From Candidatus Bathyarchaeia archaeon (GTDB lineage Archaea; Thermoproteota; Bathyarchaeia; Bathyarchaeales; Bathycorpusculaceae), in contig JBEKWR010000007.1 in the NCBI GenBank assembly GCA_049512935.1, positions 32,001-96,000 of the forward strand: 64,000 nt of DNA. Reading direction: 5' to 3'. Both the position numbers and the translations under genes were made by a program. Positions 1-7,768 of the stretch are shown here, one piece after another (position 1 is the stretch's first letter; every line of letters begins with the position of its first letter). The notes below the pieces were generated by a model that saw only the letters and a program-made list of their open reading frames with translations, was not told the origin of the DNA and ran no database searches.

Positions 1-1
1 T

Positions 2-181
2 CTCACCGACTTCCCAATAACAATAGTTTGCACGGAAAAAGAAGCTGGAATATGTTTCCCTTCAACCGAAGGAAGAATGGACTACGCTGCTTTCCGCAGC
101 AAAGACCAAATGTTCGTGAACTGGGCAAGGGAACTCTTCCTTTACTACTGGGACAAAGGAAAACCCTGCCACCCAACGTAA
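2..181 (+). CDS. 3' end of a putative archaeal wHTH transcriptional regulator (DUF1724-like C-terminus), truncated by the window edge
   Basis: Frame +2 reads LTDFPITIVCTEKEAGICFPSTEGRMDYAAFRSKDQMFVNWARELFLYYWDKGKPCHPT* (TAA 179-181). The 'WARELFLYYW' ending resembles this family. Confidence 0.55.
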   Translation, partial: LTDFPITIVCTEKEAGICFPSTEGRMDYAAFRSKDQMFVNWARELFLYYWDKGKPCHPT

Positions 182-667
182 GGCTAACTTTCCGACGTGG
201 CGCGATTCGGAGATAGCTAATAGGGCAGATTTTTTCGTAACGTCGCGTTTACTCTATTGCTTTTTTTGATAACTGAACTAACATATCGCACGCTTGGAGC
301 ATTAGCAACTCTTGAGCGGAATTCGATTTGGGCAGGTTCGGAGCACGAAGGCTTATCTCTTTTAGAAAGTGCAAAGAGGCGCATTCGAGGATGACGTTTC
401 TACTTTTTGCTTGAGCCGCCGCTGGATTTGAACTATTTTTGTTTGGTGGACACATATTCTTAATGAGGTCAAAAACGATTTTACCGGTAAAGTGGGGTTC
501 CATCCCCTTCCCGACTCCATTTTTTTCAAATGTTTTAGCCTTTAACTGTAAATAAGCCTTCGATAAATTGACAAAATACTTGGTGGAACGATAAGTAATG
601 CAGAAGAATAGGATACAGATATTAGGCTGAGTCTACAACTTCAATTCCTCTTAACGTGTTGGTTATA

Positions 668-1084
668 ATGGATTGCAGGTTGCAAGTTTTTAAGCGAGAC
701 CAGATAGACAACAACTTAACGAAGACCTATCGCTTTGCAGTTGTCGATTTCAGCAGGTCCAAAAGTTATCCTTCCAACTTCGTTTGCATGCTACCGTTAA
801 AAGTAGATCAAGGAAAAGGAAAAATTGGAAACGTGTTCGGGGAGCTTTTTGGAGATGAAAGCTTAGAGTTAGCCATGAGACTGTTAAGAGAGGCACTTAA
901 GACTGAGAGCGATGTTGATGTTAAGGCGGAAATAGAGCGAAGGCTAAATCTGATTGATCCCAAGCGCATTAACCTTATCAAGTGCAGCGGATGCAAAAAA
1001 ACCTTCCAAGCCCGAAAATTCAGAAAGTACAAGCAAAATTTCTGCCCAGAATGCCTTCAAAAAAAATCAGGGATAAGCCAATAG
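668..1084 (+). CDS. Hypothetical protein with C-terminal Zn ribbon
   Basis: ATG at 668 (MDCRLQVFKR); C-terminal CSGC...CPEC motif. Confidence 0.75.
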   Translation: MDCRLQVFKRDQIDNNLTKTYRFAVVDFSRSKSYPSNFVCMLPLKVDQGKGKIGNVFGELFGDESLELAMRLLREALKTESDVDVKAEIERRLNLIDPKRINLIKCSGCKKTFQARKFRKYKQNFCPECLQKKSGISQ

Positions 1085-1217
1085 GTCTCTATACAGTACG
1101 GAATATGCAACTTGCGTTCAGTCCTGTCTAAGTGTGTCTGCTAAGTTTTTGCTCTGAATAGCTCTGCGTTAAAAATAAGCGGATGGGTTTACGATTCTTT
1201 CTTTTTTGTGGCGTCTA

Positions 1218-1319
1218 CTAGTTTTTCTTGCTGGTTTTCTTTCTGTAGGTGCAATTAAGCCGAACTGATGATTTACATCTACGGCAATTTTTAACTAGAC
1301 CTGCTCTTAACAGGTACAT
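1218..1319 (-). CDS. 33-aa Cys/Arg/Lys-rich microprotein, copy 1 (MYLLRAGLVKNCRRCKSSVRLNCTYRKKTSKKN)
   Basis: GAGGT Shine-Dalgarno upstream. Paralog of 5503..5637 with 24/25 identical residues over codons 4-28 and 12 synonymous differences. Confidence 0.75.
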   Translation of the reverse strand: MYLLRAGLVKNCRRCKSSVRLNCTYRKKTSKKN

Positions 1320-1350
1320 AGCCGTTTACCTCGCTGATTTTTTGGCATTC

Positions 1351-1407
1351 TTGAAAAGAACCAATTATTCGATTAGGCTGAATCCAACAGGATAAGAGAA
1401 ACTCTTC
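1351..1407 (-). promoter_or_regulatory. Conserved 57-nt 5' leader element, copy 1
   Basis: 44/57 ungapped identity to 5424..5480; begins about 24 nt downstream of a TATA-like CTTATTA. Confidence 0.6.
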
Positions 1408-1690
1408 AGGCTACAATACATTCCTCTTACTAATAAGGCTCAAATAATAGTTATTTTCAACGAAAGAGAAAATATTTTGTTTTTTTCAGCAGAAAAAGCT
1501 TAATGCTAAATTTTTTCGTGAGTTTAAGCCATAAAACGGCTTTTTCATGGAAATACCCTAATATAGACCCCAAGACCATTTAATAAGTTAATAGAATTCT
1601 TTAGAGGAAGAGTCGAACCAGACAAACTGCTTTTTCTCCAGACTATTCTGAGTATAGTTGGCTGGGCAGCCAAACTTGGGTATGAGAAAA

Positions 1691-1996
1691 ATGGGTAAAA
1701 GAAAAATTACAAACGAGGGCAACCTTGAAAGTATGGTTTTACCTTCCCCAAACGATGTCTTAGGCGTGGCAGTAAAAATGCTGGGTGCTGAGAGAATCAC
1801 GGTGAAATGCCAAGATGGGAAGGAACGGTTATGCAGGGTCAGAGGTAAACTAAAAAGACGTGTTTGGATAAGGGAAGGAGACATAGTTTTGGTTTCTCCT
1901 TGGGATTTCCAGCGTGAAACTAGAGGAGACATTTTCTGGCGATATAGGAAAAACCAGTCAGATTGGCTCAGAAATCACAATTACCTGACGATGTGA
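1691..1996 (+). CDS. eif1a: Translation initiation factor aIF-1A
   Basis: MGKRK...LGAERITVKCQDGKERLCRVRGKLKRRVWIREGDIVLVSPWDFQ...GDIFWRY is the classic aIF-1A signature. TATA-like TTTAATAA at 1579. Confidence 0.95.
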   Translation: MGKRKITNEGNLESMVLPSPNDVLGVAVKMLGAERITVKCQDGKERLCRVRGKLKRRVWIREGDIVLVSPWDFQRETRGDIFWRYRKNQSDWLRNHNYLTM

Positions 1997-2190
1997 AGGA
2001 GGCAAAGAGAATTATCCTAAAATGTAAAGAATGCGGAAACACATTCTTAAAAACCGGTCTGAGCGATGGCCAATTGGTCAGTTGCCCAGTGTGCGAGGCA
2101 GACTATAAAGTGACAATAAAGGACGGAAAATTGAGCCTAGAAGATTTCATGTATGAAGAAAAAGATCTCGGCGAACTGAGCTGCATTTAA
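1993..2190 (+). CDS. LysW-like Zn-ribbon protein with non-canonical C-terminus
   Basis: GTG overlaps the aIF-1A stop (ATGTGA). CKEC...GQLVSCPVCEADYKV...EEKDLGELSCI resembles LysW/ArgW (EDWGE terminus). Confidence 0.65.
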   Translation: MKEAKRIILKCKECGNTFLKTGLSDGQLVSCPVCEADYKVTIKDGKLSLEDFMYEEKDLGELSCI

Positions 2191-2228
2191 GCGCAATCAT
2201 CAGAAATTGAAGCGAAAGGTGAAATTTA

Positions 2229-2363
2229 ATGCTAGATTATAGAAATGTATTAATGGAAACTTATAAGTGCAGGATATGTCCAGCGCGTTTTCATACTCCT
2301 GAAGACTAAAGAATCCACAGGATGGTCAATCATAAAGGGCACATGCTTGTCATCAAACGTTAA
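2229..2363 (+). pseudogene. Single C2H2 zinc-finger microprotein interrupted by an in-frame TAA
   Basis: AAGGTGA SD. MLDYRNVLMETYKCRICPARFHTPED*RIHRMVNHKGHMLVIKR fits C-x2-C-x3-F-x5-(L)-x2-H-x4-H, with TAA (2307-2309) at the Leu position. Confidence 0.6.
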
Positions 2364-2548
2364 ATACGGTATAGAATTATCTCAGAGTGTACTATTTTTT
2401 GAAAACTTAACGGACAGCTTCTTTTACTTTTTTAATGCGAAGAGTTCATGATGCAATTTGATTGGTGCCATCTGATTCAAGGGTAAAAACACTTTTATGC
2501 TTCATTATTTATTAGAAGTTCTACGGGTTATTTGTTAAGGTTGAAATT

Positions 2549-3553
2549 TTGAAAAATAAATCAGACCAGTATCAAGAAACATTAAGGATTGGTCTCAGGC
2601 TATATCGTGGATTAGTTTTAAACTCGTTCGGAGGAAAAGCGCCATTATTTGCTGGACATAAGTTAACTTATAACTGTAACCTTAAGTGCAAAATGTGCCC
2701 CTTCTGGAAAAGACCCAGCGAAAATTTAAGCACCCGAAAAGAAAAGGAAATTCTAAGGCAAATTTACGATTCAGGTGTCTGCGCTGTCGGGTTTGAAGGT
2801 GGAGAGCCGCTTTTGAGAAAAGACCTGCCTGAAATTCTGGCTTACTCTCGTTCTCTGCCTCTGCATACAAGCCTTATCACCAATGGCACGCTTCTCAAAT
2901 CAAGGATAGATGAAATAGCACCCTACATCAACGGTATCCTTTTTGTTTCATTGGATGGTCTGGAGAAAACTCATGATCTGATAAGAGGTGTGGATGGCTG
3001 TTTCAAAAGAGCGCTTGAGGGTATAACTGCAGCGAAAAGTAAGGTTTCTGTAACAATCAATACGACCATGATGGCGGATAACATCCATGAAGTAGAAGAT
3101 ACGGTGGAATTGGCAAGGGATTTAGGTGTAAAAATAGTGTTGTCTGTAGCTCATGAATACTATAACATTGCTGAGTCTGCACCCAAAGCCGATGAAATCA
3201 AAAAGGTTGCTAAACAGCTTATTGAATTAAAGAGAAAAGGCTATCCTATTATGAATTCAACCGATTATTTCAGAGTGATAGCTAAAGAAAAGAACTGGAA
3301 ATGCAAACCCTGGTCGATCATCAATATTGGTACAGATGGCCGATTGGTTCTGCCTTGTTACGTTCATAATCAGTACGAAACGAGCGTTTCTGTTTTTGAG
3401 CGCACCATTAAAGCGTCAACTTCAAGTTTTGATTGGGAATCAATGTGTGACTGTGTAAAATGCAATCTTCATTGTTACGTGGAGCCTTCTCTTGTGCTTT
3501 CATGGGATTTACGCAGTTGGGCAGACTGGGTTTTCCCAGTAAGAGCGCGATAG
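2549..3553 (+). CDS. Radical SAM protein (PTO1314-like family)
   Basis: CNLKCKMC motif, GGEPLLR, ITNG; C-terminal CKPW...PCY...CVKCNLHCYVEPS cluster. Confidence 0.85.
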   Translation: MKNKSDQYQETLRIGLRLYRGLVLNSFGGKAPLFAGHKLTYNCNLKCKMCPFWKRPSENLSTRKEKEILRQIYDSGVCAVGFEGGEPLLRKDLPEILAYSRSLPLHTSLITNGTLLKSRIDEIAPYINGILFVSLDGLEKTHDLIRGVDGCFKRALEGITAAKSKVSVTINTTMMADNIHEVEDTVELARDLGVKIVLSVAHEYYNIAESAPKADEIKKVAKQLIELKRKGYPIMNSTDYFRVIAKEKNWKCKPWSIINIGTDGRLVLPCYVHNQYETSVSVFERTIKASTSSFDWESMCDCVKCNLHCYVEPSLVLSWDLRSWADWVFPVRAR

Positions 3554-3688
3554 ACTTTTTCAATCAGCTCAAACCAAAGCTTGCCGATAGACAGCGTTTG
3601 CTTCTTCATTTCTTACGAGCGACCTAAATCAAAAAGGCAAGGCAAACTCCTATATGCTTGATGTCAAGCTTTGAACTAGCAGATCAAT

Positions 3689-3871
3689 ATGAACCCTGAG
3701 AATTATAAATCCAAAAGAAAAGGACAGCCTAAACGAAATAACTCGTCTGGTCGAGCCCAAAGGCGTGCAAACACTAAAGAATGGACCACACACACCACTC
3801 CGAAACTGCGTGAAATTTACTCCACCAAAACTGAATGGGCAACCAAGAAACTCCCCAAATTAAAAGTCTAG
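3689..3871 (+). CDS. Small basic hypothetical protein (60 aa)
   Basis: ATG ORF, K/R-rich, TATA-like TATAT about 35 nt upstream. No family recognised. Confidence 0.4.
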   Translation: MNPENYKSKRKGQPKRNNSSGRAQRRANTKEWTTHTTPKLREIYSTKTEWATKKLPKLKV

Positions 3872-4053
3872 ACGCCTCAATAAAACTTCACAGTTTCTTC
3901 ACGTCTTTCACCCGTCAATTCAGGTATGTTGTTTTCCAGCATTCTGCTTTGCCACCCGGTCTGCCTCTTAGCCTGCAAGGGAATGAACCTTCAGAATAGA
4001 CAATTCAAAAGGGGCAGCGTAAGCGTAAAACTTTTTTTAACTGTGAGGGACGT

Positions 4054-4674
4054 TTATGCTGCGAGCGGGCTTTGCACCACGTTGACTATCGCGGTTTTCC
4101 CCAGACGCAACTGTCTTTCACCTTTAAATGTAGAAACTGAAGCGCCCTTAATCTGCACAGTATCACCCACTGTGAGGAGATCTGCTTGTTCATTCCAAAG
4201 GCAAAGCTTAATTTTTCCTGTCTTATCCGCTATCCAAGCGTTGGTCACTCTCGCGCTGTTTCCATACCGTGTTTGGACGACTGAGGGCTTTGCCGTTTCA
4301 AGAACTTTAGCTTCCAGGTTAACTTTTTTCATTCCATGTCGGAGGTCTTGAACCATCATGGATAATTTGGGTGCAACTTGTCTATTCATTTGTTTTCGTA
4401 TTTCGTCCGTGTACACCCAGTTTTCGAAGCTAATGTTTTTTCTCAGAAGTTCTTCTTCTACTCGAAACTGCACAATTACTTTGGTCTCTTTTGTAATTAG
4501 AAAAATGGCTTCGTCTTTTAGGCTACCCCGGTATTCAACTGTTAGATTTTGACAAGTCGTTTTTCCTTTTTCTCTTGCTACAAGCATGGCTTGATGGAGT
4601 TCTGCAGGATAAATCCCTTGCTTTATGGAAAGAAAGGCAAGTTGATCCATTATCGTTGATTTTTTTCGGTTCAA
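4054..4674 (-). CDS. OB-fold single-stranded nucleic-acid-binding protein (SSB/RPA-like) with N-terminal extension
   Basis: C-terminal half DLRHGMKKVNLEAKVLE...IADKTGKIKLCLWNEQA...GDTVQIKGASVSTFKGERQLRLG is a crenarchaeal SSB-type OB fold. Confidence 0.85.
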   Translation of the reverse strand: MNRKKSTIMDQLAFLSIKQGIYPAELHQAMLVAREKGKTTCQNLTVEYRGSLKDEAIFLITKETKVIVQFRVEEELLRKNISFENWVYTDEIRKQMNRQVAPKLSMMVQDLRHGMKKVNLEAKVLETAKPSVVQTRYGNSARVTNAWIADKTGKIKLCLWNEQADLLTVGDTVQIKGASVSTFKGERQLRLGKTAIVNVVQSPLAA

Positions 4675-5069
4675 TTTTTCCCCTCAATTTGCTAGAAAAT
4701 CTCTTGGAAAAGAGGTTTTTCCATGCCGCAAGTCTCCTCTTTCTTGAAAAATCCCCGCAACCATGGTTAATGCACAATCGAGTATATAGGCTAGTCACCG
4801 AGGAAATGGCGTTTCCCCGAAGTTTCTTTTTTCAGAACCCCATATGGAGAGTGTCGCCTTTTTTACTCCGCACCCGGGGGCGTGCTGGAAAAACATCGAA
4901 TTACAACATTGCGGAAAGAAAAATCGTGTTGTTTTCCCGTTTTTTTCTCCCATAAGGCTTTAAGTGCGCCCTTACTAATATAATGACAACCAAGTTTTGA
5001 ACCACTTGTCCAAATATTTTTGGCTGAAGGGTGAGCGATAAATTTGGATGGGTGTGGGCGCCTTTGAAA

Positions 5070-5315
5070 ATGTTTGAGGCTATGGTCTTTAAAAGAGAAA
5101 TTGGAACAACTTGTGGTTTAGACGTAAAGATGCTTGATACCATGAATGACGGGATTATTTTAAGCATTGACGAAAATTTAGTCAACAGCAACGATCTTTC
5201 GTTTATAAAAAATTTTGTCGATCAAAAAAAACTAAGTCTTTTACTAGACAGCGAGCGTTATTTCATTTCGACAAATGCCCTCAAGCCATCCAGCCTATCT
5301 ATGTGGGATAACTAG
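5070..5315 (+). CDS. Hypothetical protein
   Basis: Open frame 5031..5315, ATG at 5070, protein-like composition, TTTAAG box at about 4959. Confidence 0.6.
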   Translation: MFEAMVFKREIGTTCGLDVKMLDTMNDGIILSIDENLVNSNDLSFIKNFVDQKKLSLLLDSERYFISTNALKPSSLSMWDN

Positions 5316-5423
5316 TAACCATTGAACACGATTTTTCAAAAAGGCGATAAATAGAAGTTTATTCTTTAAAATCGTCTTTTCTTATCCATGCGTTTATAAG
5401 TGCGCAAGCTCACTCCGTAAGTC

Positions 5424-5480
5424 GAAGAGTTTCTTTTATCCTTCTGGGATAATCCTGTTTGAGTAACTGATTCTTTTCAA
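5424..5480 (+). promoter_or_regulatory. Conserved 57-nt 5' leader element, copy 2
   Basis: Starts about 24 nt after TTTATAAG (5393-5400). Internal TTATCC/GGATAA hairpin; 77% identical to copy 1. Confidence 0.6.
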
Positions 5481-5502
5481 AAAAAGAGAGAGGTAAATAG
5501 CT

Positions 5503-5637
5503 TTGTGTATGTTAAGAGCAGGTCTAGTTAAAAACTGTCGAAGATGCAAGTCTTCTGTACGGCTAAACTGTGTATATAGAAAGAAAGTTAAAGCAAAAAC
5601 ATTTTCAGATAACAAGAAAAAAGGCGAAAAAGCTTAG
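5503..5637 (+). CDS. 44-aa Cys/Lys-rich microprotein, copy 2 (MCMLRAGLVKNCRRCKSSVRLNCVYRKKVKAKTFSDNKKKGEKA)
   Basis: GAGAGGT SD, TTG start, four Cys. Paralog of 1218..1319 with synonymous divergence. Confidence 0.75.
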   Translation: MCMLRAGLVKNCRRCKSSVRLNCVYRKKVKAKTFSDNKKKGEKA

Positions 5638-5704
5638 CCTTAGTAAGCGGTGCCAAAGCTTATGCTTCTCATGTCCATAAAATTAGACGAATGAGGTGAA
5701 AAAT

Positions 5705-5893
5705 GTGCAAAGAACACTTCACGAAGCAAAATGTACAGTGTGCAATCAAACCGCAATGGTGCCGTTCGAGCCTACTCCAGGCAAGCCAGTTTACTGCAAA
5801 GCATGCTTTGCTAAACGCGCAACCACGCAGCCTGCAAGAACAAGTACAAGCTATAATTTTGAGCCAAAGCAGGCTTGGGCAAGGCGAAGATAG
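5705..5893 (+). CDS. CxxC-x17-CxxC domain Zn-ribbon protein
   Basis: CTVC-NQTAMVPFEPTPGKPVY-CKAC pattern; GAGGTGA SD before GTG 5705. Confidence 0.85.
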   Translation: MQRTLHEAKCTVCNQTAMVPFEPTPGKPVYCKACFAKRATTQPARTSTSYNFEPKQAWARRR

Positions 5894-5942
5894 TCGCAAA
5901 ACAGTCATTCCCCATTTTACGTTACAATGCGGAATTGAGAGA

Positions 5943-6185
5943 ATGAGGTTAATTAAAGGCTGGAGAAGGATGAGCAATCAAGGCGGTTGTGTTAACGAAA
6001 ATACAGGGCAAACTTTGATTGTTTTAAAGAAAGAATTCAGCGAAAACTATGAGGTACTCCTATTCGCTGGACAGCAAACAGATGCAAAAGAGGGCAAAAA
6101 AATTTCCCCTGCCTTCAGCACTAAGGCTAAGGCTGAAGCCTTCGCAATAGACTGGATGGAAAAGCATCCAAACAGTACTATTTAA
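5943..6185 (+). CDS. Hypothetical protein (80 aa)
   Basis: ATG 5943, MRLIKGWRR...AEAFAIDWMEKHP; follows the CxxC-x17-CxxC gene; T-rich tract after the stop. Confidence 0.6.
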   Translation: MRLIKGWRRMSNQGGCVNENTGQTLIVLKKEFSENYEVLLFAGQQTDAKEGKKISPAFSTKAKAEAFAIDWMEKHPNSTI

Positions 6186-6230
6186 GTAACCTTTTGTTTT
6201 TTCGCTTTTTAGGGATATCGCCTTTCAGGT

Positions 6231-7028
6231 TTACCGGCGTTGTTTCTCTCTCTTAAAAGAGCCTTGCCCGCCTGCTTTAGTAATGTTATCGATTACGGCT
6301 TGGCTTACTTCGTCAAGGAGGTCTTCAGCACTTTTCCAGTTGTCCGCTGAAACGTCCACGCTATACCTAGGCGCTGCGATTACAGCAAATTCAATTTTGG
6401 AGCTTCGGCTTTTTTGCGCTTTTTTGGCGTCTGCAAACGCTTGTTGGATACATTTTACGCCGTTCGGTTTCATGCAGCGAATTTCAAGAACTCCCTTGAC
6501 GTTGACCATTTTTATGTGAATGCGTTCTTCTGCAATTTTGGCGAAGGCTTTGGCCATGTCTTCAGGTATGCCCAATTTGGTTAGTGCTTCTGGACCTTCC
6601 TTTAAGGCTGTTTCAAAACTCTCGTACAAGCCATCCGCTTCTTCAATTATAGGACCTGCTTTCTCGTACACGGTCTCTATGGGTAAGCCTACTTGATCTG
6701 CCACTGCCCGCAGGAGAACTTCTCCTTTGCGGTCCTTTTTCCAAGCTTTGACTTTTTCGATTCTTTCGCGTTTTGTAACACGTCTTAAGGATAAATCGAT
6801 ATGTCCTTTTTCTATGTCTACTCGGAGAACCTTAAGGACTATTTTTTGTTTTTCCCTTATGAAATCATGAAGGTTTCTTACTCGGGCGCTTGAGATTTCG
6901 GAGATGTGAAGAAACCCTCGTTTGTTGTATTCGTCCAGGTTAGCGTAGGCCCCGTAATCCATGACGCTCTCTATGGTGGCCATTACTAGGTCGCCTGGTT
7001 CTGGCCATTCAGGTTTATGTTCAGACAT
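6231..7028 (-). CDS. eif2a: Translation initiation factor aIF-2 alpha subunit
   Basis: S1 domain PEPGDLV...YGAYANLDEY...GFLHISEIS...KGHIDLSLRRV; C-terminal AAPRY motif. Confidence 0.95.
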   Translation of the reverse strand: MSEHKPEWPEPGDLVMATIESVMDYGAYANLDEYNKRGFLHISEISSARVRNLHDFIREKQKIVLKVLRVDIEKGHIDLSLRRVTKRERIEKVKAWKKDRKGEVLLRAVADQVGLPIETVYEKAGPIIEEADGLYESFETALKEGPEALTKLGIPEDMAKAFAKIAEERIHIKMVNVKGVLEIRCMKPNGVKCIQQAFADAKKAQKSRSSKIEFAVIAAPRYSVDVSADNWKSAEDLLDEVSQAVIDNITKAGGQGSFKREKQRR

Positions 7029-7148
7029 TGTCTTTATCGTCCCCCATTAATCTTGGTTTATTAGGATTCAAAAGAAATTGAATTCCTAACGTATTACTTG
7101 CTGTTGTGCAGATAAGGATATCCTTCGAAAGGATTGAAGTTTGCTGTT

Positions 7149-7451
7149 CTATTCCTTCTTTTCTGACTTGACGATGTAAATTTCTTTGTTGCGGACTTTA
7201 AGGGCTATGTTAAATTTTCTGTCTGGTTTTTTGTTGTATGACCTTACTCTGAATGAGAAAGGAGCGTACAGGGTTTTTACCGTTTTTCCCTCGACTTCAA
7301 CCTTAAACATTTTCTCGGGACTTTCAATAATTTCCTTGAAAACTGCGTCGTACTCGGGAATCTTGGCGAGCTTCCGTCCTTGAGGTATTTCTCTTACCGG
7401 CGTGGCTTTTGCCACTATTTTTCTATTGCTAACTTTTTCTAGCTTAGGCAT
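7149..7451 (-). CDS. Hypothetical basic protein (100 aa)
   Basis: ATG ORF with GTGA SD-like element and upstream TATA; no family recognised. Confidence 0.6.
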   Translation of the reverse strand: MPKLEKVSNRKIVAKATPVREIPQGRKLAKIPEYDAVFKEIIESPEKMFKVEVEGKTVKTLYAPFSFRVRSYNKKPDRKFNIALKVRNKEIYIVKSEKKE

Positions 7452-7768
7452 CTATTTCACACTATATGTCATGTTAATTGCACTATATAACATTGATGTA
7501 ACTAGTCAAAATATCAATGGTCAACTTAACACTCTAATTGCTAGTCACTAACTTAATCAGAACAAACGAGCTTTCTTTCTCTTTCCTCACTGTGGTTGCT
7601 TCAACTTTCAATTTGTAAATCCAATGATCTTAAAAGGGGTTCAAGTCGAGGGTTTGCAAGCAAACAGAAGTGACATTATAAATATGTTAGAACAAATTTT
7701 TGGACCAATCAAAACTGATTTTGCAGGAATTTTTATACTTGAAAACTAATTGGTAACAGGGGAAACGA

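Noticed and set aside
28-503. ORF-track ORFs 28..216(+) and 249..503(-)
   Set aside because: The first is an off-frame shadow of the real partial CDS 2..181; the second has no recognisable features.
2307-2309. Possible Sec/Pyl recoding of the in-frame stop
   Set aside because: The codon is TAA, not TGA or TAG, and the position requires Leu.
5703-5942. N-terminal 80 aa of the 160-aa ORF 5703..6185
   Set aside because: Overlaps the CxxC-x17-CxxC gene in another frame; only the part from 5943 looks coding.
7491-7519. CATTGAT-N15-ATCAATG inverted repeat upstream of 7149..7451
   Set aside because: A single 7-bp inverted repeat in AT-rich DNA is compatible with chance.
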